This document shows positions 1 through 12,898 of a stretch of DNA of 64,000 nucleotides, piece after piece. The notes beneath the pieces are model-generated. The model was not told the origin of the DNA and did not search any database. It saw only the letters and a program-made list of their open reading frames with translations. The position numbers and the translations under genes were made by a program. Origin of the DNA: Dendrobates tinctorius (taxonomy: Eukaryota). The DNA lies in the NCBI RefSeq assembly GCF_039654945.1, contig NW_027361810.1:39866001-39930000 (forward strand), written 5' to 3'. The stretch's first letter is position 1; the number at the start of each line of letters is the position of its first letter.

Positions 1-454
1 TTTTTTTTTTTTTTTTTGCAGAGTGTGCCCCCCCCCCAAAAAAAAAAAAATAAAAATCATGGAAACGTTCTTCTTTTATTCGAGTCACAGGTCAAAATCA
101 CCTCAACAAGTCTATGCTTCAGGAAAAATGTCTGATAGCACAAATTACCATCAATGTGCTATTTATGTGATGTCTAACATTAACAATGTAATGGATAGAA
201 GAAGATTTTTTTTCATATGAGAAAATCACTGATGAACCCCGAATGGTAAAAACTGATCAAAATTGGATCAAAAACACTGATGAAAAATCGGTAAAGTTTT
301 TTCTGTACCATTATAAAACTGACGTCTGAATGAAGCCTCAAGAAAAAAAAAATAATTTGTCCACAAGTCAACACAAGTTCACAAACCTTCTCACTCTTTA
401 AAAAATCCACCCAAGCAGGGAAATTCATGTCCCATGTAAGACCAAATGTGATCA

Positions 455-712
<258 letters not shown>

Positions 713-2732
713 TTAATGTACAGTGACAAAATGCTTGTTCCTCTTTGAGGACCTTTTTTCCATTAGATGCATGTAGTCGGGGCAAGAAATCATTTTTTTC
801 AATTGGGTTTCATTAAAAATTTTGCATAGTTTGGCTTTTATAGGTTCTTTGTGGGTTTTTTTTTGCAAGTTCAACTTTGATGTGGTCTGCGGTCATAAAT
901 CAGCTGAAATGAGCCCAAAAAACTAATAATGAACAAGCAGGCTGATGAAGGATTCTCAGTTAACTCCTTCCGCAGCAATAGACCATGCAATAGACAGATT
1001 ATAGAAGGCAAAGCTGCAAAATTTATTATGAAACCAAATTGCAAAAATGATTTTTTTTTTTTAGCTCCAATTTCATACATTTGACAAAAAAAAAAGTTGT
1101 ATCCAAAACATGGACAACCCCTAACAGAGCCCTTAAAAAAACTAGGAGCAAGACCATAATCATTTGGTTTTAAAGGGTTATACCCATCCTTAAGAGATAT
1201 TAATAAACCAAATGATATATAATAACTTGGGAATAACATGTGTGACCAGCGCCTTATTCTGGTGCTGGATCCAAAGGATAGGTGATGAGATGGAGATCAG
1301 AGGGAACCCACGGGTCTCTAATAAGGCATATGGCCACCTTAAAACAAGTCAGTATAGTGGCACTGTGTAATGTTCTGTATGTCAGATTTTAATAACCGCA
1401 TTCGTATCTGTATATGTCGTATAAGCAAAACCTGCAAAGCATACCTACGCGTCTATGACAAAATAATTGTTCAGGACCGGTAGCTTAAATTCAAACTGCA
1501 TCCATTATTAAATAGATATTTTAGACTTGATGAGACTGGTGTATTTACTTTGAAAATCCAAGTCAAAATGGCTGTATAATCCTCAAATAAAAATCTGCAT
1601 TTTATGCGTCCAACTAGACCTCATAAAATGCTCAACGGTAAGCAAGGAGACTTTTTATAAGAATAATACACCCATGTTGACATATATATTCTTCAAAGTA
1701 AATACACCCGCTCCATCAGGTCTAGGAATCATTTATTAACGTATACAGTTTCTATTGTGAAGTCCGGAGGTGTTTTAAATCTCACAGGAGATGGAAAATG
1801 ATATCAATCAGCTCATCGCTATTCTTATTGTTGGTAAGTCAATATTCTTGAACTGCATATCATCTTAGTCAACACTCCGGGACAGAAAAGCCTTCTTATA
1901 AGCAAAATAAGGACCAAATAAGAAACTTCTTAAATTGTTTAGTCTGGAGAAATCCCACAGTCATCAGTGGGAGGCACTCAGCTCCATTCCAAACCTAAGA
2001 AGCAAAGATGAGGTAAGTCGGTGATACAGGAGTTCAGATGGGCAAAGGGAGCTATAATAGGAGCAGTTCGTTTAAAGTTTTGCAGAATTTGTTTTCTCTC
2101 ACTTTTCTGCACTTCATTATTTGTTTCTTGGTTGTTACAGAAAAAAAAACATGTCAAAAACAATTTAATGGAAAAAAATAACTAAGGCTGGTTTCACATT
2201 TGCGTTTTTTTGCGCTGGAAAAAAACGCATACGTGCGCATGCGTTTTTTCCCCTATATTTAACATGGGTGCGCATACCTGCGCGCTGGCATGCGCACGTA
2301 TGCGATTTTCATGCGCTGCGTTTTTTTGGGGTGTGCGTTTGTATTTTACAGACGCAGCATGTTGCATTTTTTGGTCCTGCAAAAAAGCGCATGCGCACGT
2401 ATGCGCACGTTTTGCGCTAAAAATGGCCATTATAGCCTATGGATGCGCATACGTGCGCACTGGCATGCGCATGTATGCGTTTTTTTAGCGCTGCGTTTTT
2501 TTGGTGGTGTCCACTTGTTGTACTAGTTATAATCTTCTAAAGTCAAAAAAAAAAAGTCTATATAAAGGAGGTGCCTGCCAAAACTCTGCCACTACTACAC
2601 TGACAGATTGGAGAGCAGACAGTCAACAAGGAACCCATCTTCTATCAGCGAAGAATGTGAGTATATTACATTATATGCCTGTCCTTTTAAATTATGTATG
2701 TACTAATGATTTTTATTATTTTTACATGCAGT

Positions 2733-5351
2733 ATGTCTTCAGAATCCGAGTATTCCCCATCGCGGCAGGAATTGGCGCAAGCAGACCGTGAGGTGATTAT
2801 TTTCGTGCATCTGGTAAGTATATCTGCAGCTTCTCCAAATCTCTTACGTTTTTTTCAACTTTTTTAAGACATCGTCATCATCATCTTCTGCGGACGGGAC
2901 TAGTGAGGGCGAAGAGCAGGAGCAGCGAAGCCAAGTCCCGGTGGTGATACGGAATGTATGTATCAAATGATTTGTAATGTTCTTTATTTTTTATCTTCTA
3001 TTTTTACTCTTTTTAATGTTTCTTTTTTTTGTAACTTTTTATTCAATTTAAATTTGATTATTCTAATGAATGTGTTTTGTCTAGGTTCCACAACGTGATG
3101 AAGATGTCTACCTGGATAATGAGCAGCTCATCAGCCTGGTCCAGGAGCGTTCGCCGTTGTGGGACAGCCGTGACCGGCTGTACAAGGACATTGTGGTGAC
3201 CCGGCGGCTATGGAATGAGGTGGCCGCAGCGTTGATGGATGGCTGGGACAGCGCCACAGCATCCTCCAAAAAGGCGTTTAGTGAGTATTTCCCTGCTCTG
3301 TATTGTGCCGCAGTGACTGTTGTCCTTGATGGCACTGTTGGGTTTCGTGCTAGACATATTCTAGCAGGAAACCCAACAGTGTCATCGGGGTCTACAGTGA
3401 CTGCTTTGAGTATTGTATTGCTACATTGTGCCGCAGTGACTGTTGTCCTTGACGGCACTGTTGGGTTTCGTGCTAGGTGTATTCTAGCAGGAAACCCAAC
3501 AGTGTCATCGGGGTCTACAGTGACTACTTTGAGTATTGTATTGCTACATTGTGCCGCAGTGACTGTTGTCCTTGACGGCACTGTTGGGTTTCGTGCTAGG
3601 TGTATTCTAGCAGGAAACCCAACAGTGTCATCGGGGTCTACAGTGACTGCTTTGAGTATTGTATTGCTATATTGTGCCGCAGTGACTGTTGTCCTTGACG
3701 GCACTGTTTTTTTTTTACCAACAGTGGACAAAGTCCGAACACGTTGGCGTTCGATCAAGGACCGCTTCAACAGTGATGTTCGTGCTGAGGGCCAGGTTCG
3801 CAGTGGATCTGCGTCAAGGACCAGAACTAGATACCGTCACTATCACGCGTTGCAGTTCCTAAGACCGGTCCTTGCCACGAGATCGTAAGTATTATAAATT
3901 TTGGGTTTTTATTTTTATTAATCTGTGTTTTTCTAATCCACAGCTGATGCTTCTTGTAAAGGCATGGTAGTAATGATTTTCCTTTCTTCCACAGCACCTG
4001 GAGCAGCACCCTGCAACCTGGCCCTGGAGCGGTCCTTCCTCGGACGTCCTCTGACCCGTCCCAGCCATCCGACAGCCAGGAAGCACCTTGCAGGTCAGCC
4101 ACACACACAGCTGGTGACCAGGAAGCTGGGCCATCAGGTGTTCCCCTGTCCCAGGTCTCTGCCACTGGTTATGCGGGCACTACCCGCCAGCGGCAGAGGG
4201 CCTTGGACAGGAATGTCTTGCCCGAGTTTATGCATTTGAGCGAGGCCTTTAATTCCAGCCTCAAGTCACTGTCCGACAGAGTTGAAAGCGGTTTTGCACT
4301 CATGGAACGTGGTTTTAACCACTTTGAACACCGCTTCAATTCTGTAGAACAGCGCCTTGACCGTCTGGAGGCCGACCTCAACAGACCAGCACACCATTTT
4401 TTTAGTAAGATTGAAAAGGGCATGGCGGAACACCTTAGTCCTGAGCAACAGCTGAATGTGCTGCAGGCCTGCAACAATGCTTTCTTGCAGGCTATGCAGC
4501 ATAATCGGTACGGTCAGCAGTCAGTGGTGTCATTTCCACCTGTGCCACCATTGACTCGCTTCACCTCACTACCGACTTGTGCTGCATACCACTGCACGGA
4601 CACCTCTATTCAAAGCCAGGACACCCACCGTTACACCACCACAAGTCTGAGTGCAGCTGGTCACTTCACCGACACCACCATGGCAAGCGCTGCTCCTGTC
4701 TGGAGCACCACCTCCACTCCCATGCATGCGTGGAGCTCAGCCACCACTAGGCAAACATGGAACAGCCCTGCCGCTACAACAACATGTAGTAGCCCTGCCA
4801 CCACCACTCCGCAAACCTGGACCATCACTGCCGCCACCAGTCCTCCTGCAAGGACGAGCACTGCCAACGAAGAGCAGCAGCAGCAGCCACCTCAGCAGCA
4901 GCAGCAGCCACCTCAGCAGCAGCCACCTCAGCAGCAGCAGCAACCACCTCAGCAGCAGCAGCCACCTCAGCAGCAGCAGCAGCCACCTCAGCAGCAGCCG
5001 CCACCTCAGCAGCAGCAGCAGCCACCTCAGCAGCAGCAGCAGCCACACCAGCAGACGGGGGACCTACACTCAATATTTGCCCCTAGTTCAAGGCGAAATC
5101 TATCAAGGCGGGCATTGGGCCAAAGTCGGTCCAGGCACACAAGCCTACGGCGACATGCCATTACAACTAATGTACCTGAACAGATTTCCTCTCCTCCAAG
5201 TGTTCCTTGTTTAATTCCCTTAACTGGACTACCTTCCCCCACAAGTTTTGTTGCCCCTTCCCCTCAAACACCGTCTTCAACTGCAAGTGTTGCATATTCC
5301 CTGCACACCCCCAAATTGAAACCATCTGCCCCCAAACGCCGGAAAAAATAA
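2733..5351 (+). CDS. Harbinger MADF/Myb-like DNA-binding protein, spliced, about 619 aa; exons 2733-2792, 2869-2955, 3085-3280, 3725-3884, 3995-5351
   Basis: All introns GT-AG and frame-consistent (1860 nt total). MADF motif LISLVQERSPLWD...WNEVA...VRTRWRSIKDRF...LQFLRP; BESS-like helix HHFFSKIEKGMAEHLSPEQQLNV; poly-Q/P tract; C-terminal NLS PKRRKK; TATA near 2558; AATAAA near 5378. Confidence 0.85.
3296..3708 (+). repeat. 123-bp tandem repeat (about 3.3 copies), each unit a long hairpin, inside a MADF intron
   Basis: Hairpin starts at 3328, 3451 and 3574: GAYGGCACTGTTGGGTTTCGTGCTAG-7 nt loop-CTAGCAGGAAACCCAACAGTGTCATC. Confidence 0.93.
4874..5053 (+). repeat. Coding (CAG)n/CCACCT minisatellite giving a poly-Q/P tract
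   Basis: Repeated CAGCAGCAG...CCACCT in frame in the last MADF exon. Confidence 0.93.
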
Positions 5352-5474
5352 TTTTTTGGTTTATTTTTGTGATTAAAAATAAATTTACATTTGTGGTTCA
5401 CCATTACAAAGTTTCATTAATGTTGTTTGCGCCGCTCACACACACTGATGGGTAAATACATGTTAAAAACCAAC

Positions 5475-6265
5475 CCAAGGCCTAGTATAGTCATATGTGA
5501 AATAACACGGACTAGTATAGTCATACCAAGGCCCAGTGTAATAACTCGAGTTTTACCAACTTGGATCTGGTTTCATGAAAAACAAACTGTTGAAACTTGT
5601 CAAGTTTCACCAGTTTGTTTTTCGTGAAACAAGATCCTAGTTGGTAAAAATCGAGTAGGCCTTGGTATGACTATACTAGGCCGTGGTATTTCACATATGA
5701 CTATACTACTAGCCCCAAGGCCTACTATACTCATATTTGAAATACCACGGCCTAGTGTAGTCATTCCAAGGCCTAGTGTAATAACTCTAGTTTTACCAAC
5801 TAGAATCTGGTTTCATGAAAAACAAACTGTTGAAACTTGTCAAATTTCACCAGTTTGTTTTTCGTGAAACAAGATCCTAGTTGGTAAAAATCGAGTAGGC
5901 CTTGGTATGACTATACTAGGCCGTGGTATTTCACATATGACTATACTACTAGCCCCAAGGCCTACTATACTCATATTTGAAATACCACGGCCTAGTGTAG
6001 TCATTCCAAGGCCTAGTGTAATAACTCTAGTTTTACCAACTAGAATCTGGTTTCATGAAAAACAAACTGTTGAAACTTGTCAAGTTTCACCAGTTTGTTT
6101 TTCGTGAAACAAGATCCTAGTTGGTAAAAATCGAGTAGGCCTTGGTATGACTATACTAGGCTGTGGTATTTCACATATGACTATACTAGTAGGCCCAAGG
6201 CCTACTATACTCATATTTGAAATACCACGGCCTAGTATAGTCATTCCAAGGCCTAGTGTAATAAC
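5475..6265. repeat. 240-bp tandem array (about 3.3 copies) of palindromic units
   Basis: Period 240 (TTTCATGAAA at 5571, 5811, 6051); symmetry centres near 5600, 5840, 6080 (TGAAACTTG-T-CAAGTTTCA). Confidence 0.93.
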
Positions 6266-6608
6266 TTGTAAGTTGGAATTGAGCAGATTACATTCATCCA
6301 CTCAATGCTGACTTGTATTCCCCATGGACTTTCATTGGGGTTGGGTTTCAACTAGTTGGACAATTTTCTCTTGAAAAAAATTGGTTTCCTGATTCATGGC
6401 CTGCAGCTTTGCTCGTTCCAATATATTTCACGCAGACTAGCAATGCTGTATTTTAACTCATATGTGTATTTACCTGCCCAGGTGTGTGAACATCAAAAAA
6501 TTCAGTTATACATGGGAAGTTTTTTATTTAATTGGAGTTTAAAAAATATAGTGCACTCAGTAATGGTATCAAATAAGGTTTTTTTATTACCATAAACAAA
6601 CAAAAACA

Positions 6609-7996
6609 TTACACCATTTCATCTTGCCAGTGCACCCGTCCTACATCAGAAATAAAGTAGGCCGCAAATTGGTCCCTCATTTGGCCAACTTCAACGGATG
6701 ACCTGAGAGTGTGCTGAGTGAATTCAGGCAATGGGTTAGGAGCATCATCGTCCAGTTCAAAGGTCGGGTGCTCTTTAGCCATCACAAAGTTATGTAGAAC
6801 CACACAGGCCTTCACCACCTCATCGACTGTTTCAAGTTTAAGATTAATGGCCGTGCCCAGAATTCGCCATCTGGAGACAAGAATCCCAAAAGCACACTCG
6901 ACAGTTCTTCTGGCCCTGGTCAGCCTGTAATTAAATATTTTTTTGGTGTGGTCCAAGTCCCGGCTGGAGTAGGGTTTCAGTAAGTTTCCGCACATTTGAA
7001 AAGCCTCATCGCCAACCATTACAAAGGGCAGTGGCGGAGCTTCGGTGTGAGGAAGAGGCCGTGGCATAGGGAAATTAAATTGGTTGCCATACAACCTCCG
7101 GCCCATGTCTGAGTTTTTAAAAGCCTGTGAGTCATTACCACGGCCAAATGCTCCAATGTCCACTGCTACAAACATACATCCGGCATCCGCAATGGCCATG
7201 AGTACTATTGAAAAGTACTTTTTGTAATTATAGTACTCAGATCCCGTTCTTTGGGGTTTGATGATCCGTATGTGTTTACCATCAACAGCTCCCAAACAGT
7301 TGGGAAAATTGCATACTGTCCAGAATTTGTCAGCAATTTCCATCCACTTTTCAGCGGTGGGCAGGGGCATAAATTCTGGACAAAGAACATTCCAGAGAGC
7401 CCGGCAGGTGTCAGCAACAATTCCAGACAAGGTAGAGATTCCAATACGGTACTGGAAGTGTAGTGAAGATAGGGTTTCTCCAGTCGCCAGGAATCTGTGA
7501 ACAGACAAAGAAGTAAAATTAATATTTATGTATATTATTTTAAAAAACTATAAAATAAAATATTAGTACATTCACGAAAACTAATTACCCAAGGTTTTGA
7601 ATACTAAATTTAAAAAAAAAACATCAGACCGCACCCCTTGGTTTTTAAAACATACCGTAATGTCACCAGTAGCCGTTCCTCAGGAGGAATCGCACGACGG
7701 AGCTGTGTGTCCTGTCTCCGGATGGATTGTTGGACACGAGCAAGCAAATCCATGAAACTTTCGTGGGACATCCGGATATAATCTGTAAATTTCTCTGGGT
7801 TTGACTGGAGCTCGCTGTAGAGGGTGTGGTATGCCCCACAGCTCTCCCGGAGTTCAACAATCGGATGTATCCACATACGACGCCGTCTTCGCTGCCTCTC
7901 TCTCTTCCTTTGTTCATGGCAAGCAACTGCATACGCCTGAGCCATCGCGATGTCCAAATCCAAGTTGAAGTGAAAACTCTTCCAGCGTAGATCCAT
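6609..7996 (-). CDS. Harbinger/HARBI1-like DDE transposase, spliced (7996-7656 and 7494-6609), about 408 aa, intact
   Basis: GT donor at 7655, AG acceptor at 7495; the join reads LLVTLR-FLATG; motifs GAVDGKH, NYKKYFSI, VGDEAF, RRTVECAFG; 1227 nt with no internal stop. Confidence 0.94.
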
Positions 7997-8529
7997 GGTC
8001 ACGAGAAGAATCAAGCAAATGTGAAGAATACTGTAGACAGGGTCTATATATTAACATACCACACCCACAATGAAGTCCCATTGGTCTTGTGTGTTGTTGA
8101 ATGGTTGTTTTTTCTTTTTTGTGGGGTTTTTCCAAAATCTGTAAAAAAACGCAAACGCACAAAAAACGCATACAAACGCACAAAAACGCTGCGTTTTTTT
8201 CCTGCATGCGCATAAAAATGCTTGAAAAAAACGCAGCGTTTGTATGCATTTGTATGCGTTTTTTCAATGCGTTTTTTTGCGGGAAAAACACGCTGCAAAA
8301 AAAAGCAAGTGTGAAACTAGCCTAAATCACTTTTTTTACACCATTTACCATTTATTGAACATGTTGTTACGATTAAAACGATATCAAATATGCCCATGTT
8401 TTCTACTGGTTTGTGATTTTTATTTTTTTTTAAGTATATTAATAATCTCATCATTGTTTTTCCTTACTTTTTAGTAATGGGAAATAAAAAAATAATCTGC
8501 AGACTTATATTTTGCTTCCAATATACAGA

Positions 8530-9056
8530 TATATAAAGATATACAAGTATATTGAGATGTATCTCTAGGTGCCAGTACACTATGCCTGTAAAGAAGAATA
8601 TTATTTAGATCTTTAAGCACAGGACATCCCCCTATACTTAGCAGTCTACCATGTGGCTCACTGCTAGAGTTTCTGTTTGCCTGCTACAGGTTGTGAACGT
8701 AAAAGGTATCTAAAGATGTACAAGTATATTGAGATATCTCTGTGTGCCAGTACAATATACCCATAAAGAAGAATACTATTTAGATCTCTAGGCAGCGAAC
8801 ATCCTCCTACACTTAAGAGTGTACAGTGAGGCTCACTGCTAGAGTTTCTGTTTGCCAAGCTACAGGTTATGAGCTTAAAGGTATTTAAAAATGTACAACT
8901 ATAATGAGATGTATCTCTGTGTGCCAGTACACTATGCCTGTAAAGAAGAATACTATTTAGATCTTTAGGCAGAGAACATCCTCTTATACCAAGAATGCAC
9001 AGTGAGGGTCACTGCTAGAGTTTTTGCCTGCCATGCTACAGGTTGTGAGTTTAAAT
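8530..9056. repeat. Diverged tandem repeat, about 176 bp x 3
   Basis: TACAAGTATATTGAGAT...GCCAGTAC...AAGAAGAATA...CACTGCTAGAGTTT recurs near 8540, 8716 and 8890. Confidence 0.8.
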
Positions 9057-10269
9057 ACTGGGAAACACCACACTTTAAAGAAAAGCGCTAATGAATTCTC
9101 TTTAAGGGCATCTACTGATCACAGAGATGTTAAGTGGCCTTTCTCCCAACTGAGATTAATGCAGTGGAACTGGACTCCTATCCTCTAAAGGCCCACGTGT
9201 AAATGAGACGGCTGCACATGTGATATGTCTGCCCCTTAAGGCGTCCCCCTAATAACACTTAAAGCATTAAGTGGAAACCATTGTAGCAACTAAAAAGAAT
9301 TATAGAGACCAGACTACTAATAACTAAGCAATGTGACAGTCTGAAAAGGATGCCTGTATTTTACCAACAGATGTGTTTTCTATTATGCCGCAATATGTCC
9401 CTGCTTATGAGGCAATGGAAGCTGGAATACTTTTATACGGACCCATACTTCAGTCTCCATTGCCCTGTAGGGAGGAATTGCTGCTCTGCTGCTGTAAATT
9501 CTCCTTTTGTTACAATGTTGGCAAAATCAATATTCACAGATTCACTCATTTCTCTATGTTCCCCTATGGGAACAGTTTCTGGAGGAATTTTCAATTTGCT
9601 GCAATTTTGTGTTCTGTTTTTTTTTTTTTTTAAATATTTGAGATTTTTATTAATGAAAAGTCACAAAAAATAGATAAAACCAAAAATAAATCGCATTTTT
9701 GATATTTAATCGCGTGCGCCATTTTGAAGTTGCGTAAAAACGTCAGCGAACGCCACGAGACAAAAAAGAAAAATTACTTCAATAAATCACAAATTACGAA
9801 TTGTGCCCAAAGATACGATGTTTTTTTTCATTAACACTACTTGAAAACGTACATAATTATTTTATTTTATCCTCCCTGGATAAATAGAAAAATAAACTAG
9901 TGACATAAGATAATAAATAAATAAAGTTGCTACTTTTAAAAGGAATTTTTAGCAAAATAAGAGCTTAACATAATTGGTTGCCAAAAGCAAAAATCCAACT
10001 TGCCCTATTGTACCAGTATTTATATACTCCATAATGTGTCGCACAAGTTTCCATACCTCATGTTTATTTTTTTTACATGATTTGTGTTTTCCTACTTTTG
10101 ATAAGGACCTTCAGTTCCAACTTTCTCTTGGACAGTAACCCTGTTGTAGGGATTCAAAACTCTGACTCATTAGGTAAAATTAAGTGCATCCTGCACTTGA
10201 ACTTCTATTGCTATGGGTTGGTTTATAGTCAGATTATCACTAGTTTTATAGCGGACAAGTTCATAATCT

Positions 10270-10808
10270 TAATTCTGAGATATATTAAGAGAAACATTGA
10301 GTCTAGATCACATGAAGGAATTATTCCCCTTTACTCCTCCTTGATCAGACCTCATCTGGAATACTGTTTCTTTTAAAAATGTCATAGAAGAACTGAAGCA
10401 AGTTTGGAGAAGAGCTACCAGGATGGTGAGCGGACTGCAAAGTATGTCCTATGAGAAATGGTTAAAGGATCTGGGAATGTTTTGATCGCAAAAAAGAAGT
10501 CTACAAATATCTGAAGGGCTGTCACAAAGTAGAGGGATCATCATTACTCTCATTTCCACATGGAAACACGAGAAGCAATGGAATTAAACTGAAAGGGAGA
10601 AGATGCAGATTAGATATTAGAAAAAACTTGATAGTGAGGGTGATCAATGAGTGGAACAGGCTGCAACGAAAGGTGGTGAGTTCTCCTTCAATGGAAGTCT
10701 TCAAACAGAGGCTGGACAGATGTCTGAGATGGCTTAGTGAATCCTGCATTGAGCAGGGGGTTGGACACGATGACCCTTCCAACTCTGACATTCTATGGTT
10801 CTATGAAT
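10270..10808 (+). mobile_element. 5'-truncated CR1 LINE, 3' end
   Basis: RT C-terminal remnants (IIPLYSSLIRPHLEYC; RVINEWNRL...FKQRLD) and a TTCTATG-repeat tail. Confidence 0.85.
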
Positions 10809-12898
10809 CTTGGAGACACACAGATCGGCATAGGAGATGTATTCAGAAAATAATATTTTATTTTTCAGTTCTTTTTGCATCGAGGTGTTACATTTTTTAT
10901 ATGCCTGATAGGGGCAAAATTATACTGGCCAGATTTAATATAGATTCAAGCAGAAACGGAAGATGATGCCGCAATTGTTGACGATCTGACAACTGAAGAC
11001 TATCAGGTCCACATCGTTGCGCATGAGCAAATCTAGGTCTCCTGACACTCCTTAGCTAAACACAAACAGAATTTCTACGATATTAATGTAGCATCCGGGC
11101 CAAGAACAAAAGCAGTGCCTAAAGTAAATATTGCTCTAGCCAAAAGTAGGATGTGGAACGTCAGCGTAATGAGATGGAATTACCTCAAGGGGAAAGAAAG
11201 AGGATCATTACTTTCACATAGCCTGTCCGCGTCTCCGAGCTAAACAGCTCTACCAAGAGACACCGACATATACACGTACGGTGCGGATACACAGCACCAG
11301 ACGTAGACCCTACAGAGGAAGCAGAAGCATATTCTCCAAGGAGAAAGTAAAGAGGCTCTTCGTGGCTTCAAAAGTTTCAGCACAGATAGTCGTCACAGAC
11401 ATTGTGCTTAATCGAGCGCAGATCTGGGGGAGAATGTCATAATGGGGAGGGTGTACTTATATACACTGGTCTTCACTAATGAATTAACAAGCTGCGGACA
11501 CACACCTGTGTATGTTTCCTTTAAAGTGGATTTGCCATATTAATAGGTTGCATTAAGGGCGTTTTTGTGGTCTGAGTGCGATCGGAAAAAACATCCAATT
11601 ATACCAGGACCAATGTTATTCTATGGGTCGTGCCCATGTCCGATTTCTTTCCTTGTACAGAGCCGGTACGGGAAAAAAAAAATGGCAGCATGCCCGAGTT
11701 TAATACGTATTTGGATCACACTTGGCAATACAAGTTAATGAGTCAGTGGAAAACAATGCACTGCACTCCGATGACATCTGAGTACAATCCAATTTCCACA
11801 GATGGACAAAATGGAGAAGATGGAGTATTTTTTTTCTCCATCTCCTCCTCATCTGAGAGGTTGATCAGAGTGTGATTTGCATAATCGACTATTTTCTCGG
11901 ATGAGAGAACATACTGTCGTCTATACCTGCCCTAATGGACAGCATTGAACGGCTACTTCTAATTGCCAAACCGGCAAAAAAGTGTTATGCTGTTGGGAGA
12001 CCAAGTATGAAGAAAGATGACACTGGATACATAGTTTAACACTCCGACGTCGTCATGAAGGAGCTTCCCCCTATCCCTTTGGGTAATGATTTCTAGGCAG
12101 CTGGTCATACATGGGTGGGAGTAGGCAGGGAACAGGAGAGGTTAAGCGGGGGAGTAGGCAGGGGACAGGAGAAGTTAAGCAGGGGAGTGTTCTCATAAAC
12201 TGTAAATGCATAAAATGTGAGCCAGCGTAATTATTTTCAGGCTCCTACAAGACATGTTTACGTGCCAGTTTGGCTTCTAAAAGGGCAGACCTGTAGCTGT
12301 AATATGGCGCCCTTTCATAGGGCAGCGCAATAGGCCGACAGATCCACTTTAAGGTTTTAGAGTTCTAATTTGGGGCAGTTAGGGGTGGTGGGGCACTGTA
12401 CCCTCTAAATCAGGCAATCTTTTGCAGCCAGTAAATATTGTCATAGATCACCAAATTTCTAGCTGTGGCTAAGGTTAAATCTCTGAGCAGATGTTGGGAA
12501 TATTTGATTTGGAATGTTAGATTTCATTAGCGATCTAGCAAAGGCTTTACTCAGTTTTATAAAAAATAAAATAAAATTAAAAAAATTATGCTAAAGGAAT
12601 TTTCTGGGCCAAGTAGAATTTTTCATCATGAACTGTAGCAGTTCTAATAGTGTTGATCATGCACACTGTCAGGATTCAGCTCTGACTGTGAGTTAGAGCT
12701 TCTCGGTTTAAGTGACACAAACATTTTTTCCTACTTCTTTCAATGATCATATCCAGGAAAAATAAACCTAGTCGGCACAATACAAATAGTATATGAGTGG
12801 TCAGGTTACAACGGCTCGAACCGCCCATTACAGCCTAATCTTAGCAGTGTGTATATTTCACACTATAAGGTGTGCCATGCTATAAAGATTGCAAAAAA

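Larger units (their letters stand above)
2186..8322. mobile_element. Autonomous PIF/Harbinger DNA transposon, about 6.1 kb
   Basis: TIRs GGCTGGTTTCACATTTGC / GCAAGTGTGAAACTAGCC; TAA TSD at 2183-2185 and 8323-8325; two convergent genes (MADF/Myb-like and DDE transposase). Confidence 0.96.

Noticed and set aside
3108-3770. 220-aa antisense ORF over the 123-bp repeat
   Set aside because: Explained by a stop-free repeat whose length is a multiple of three; no domain.
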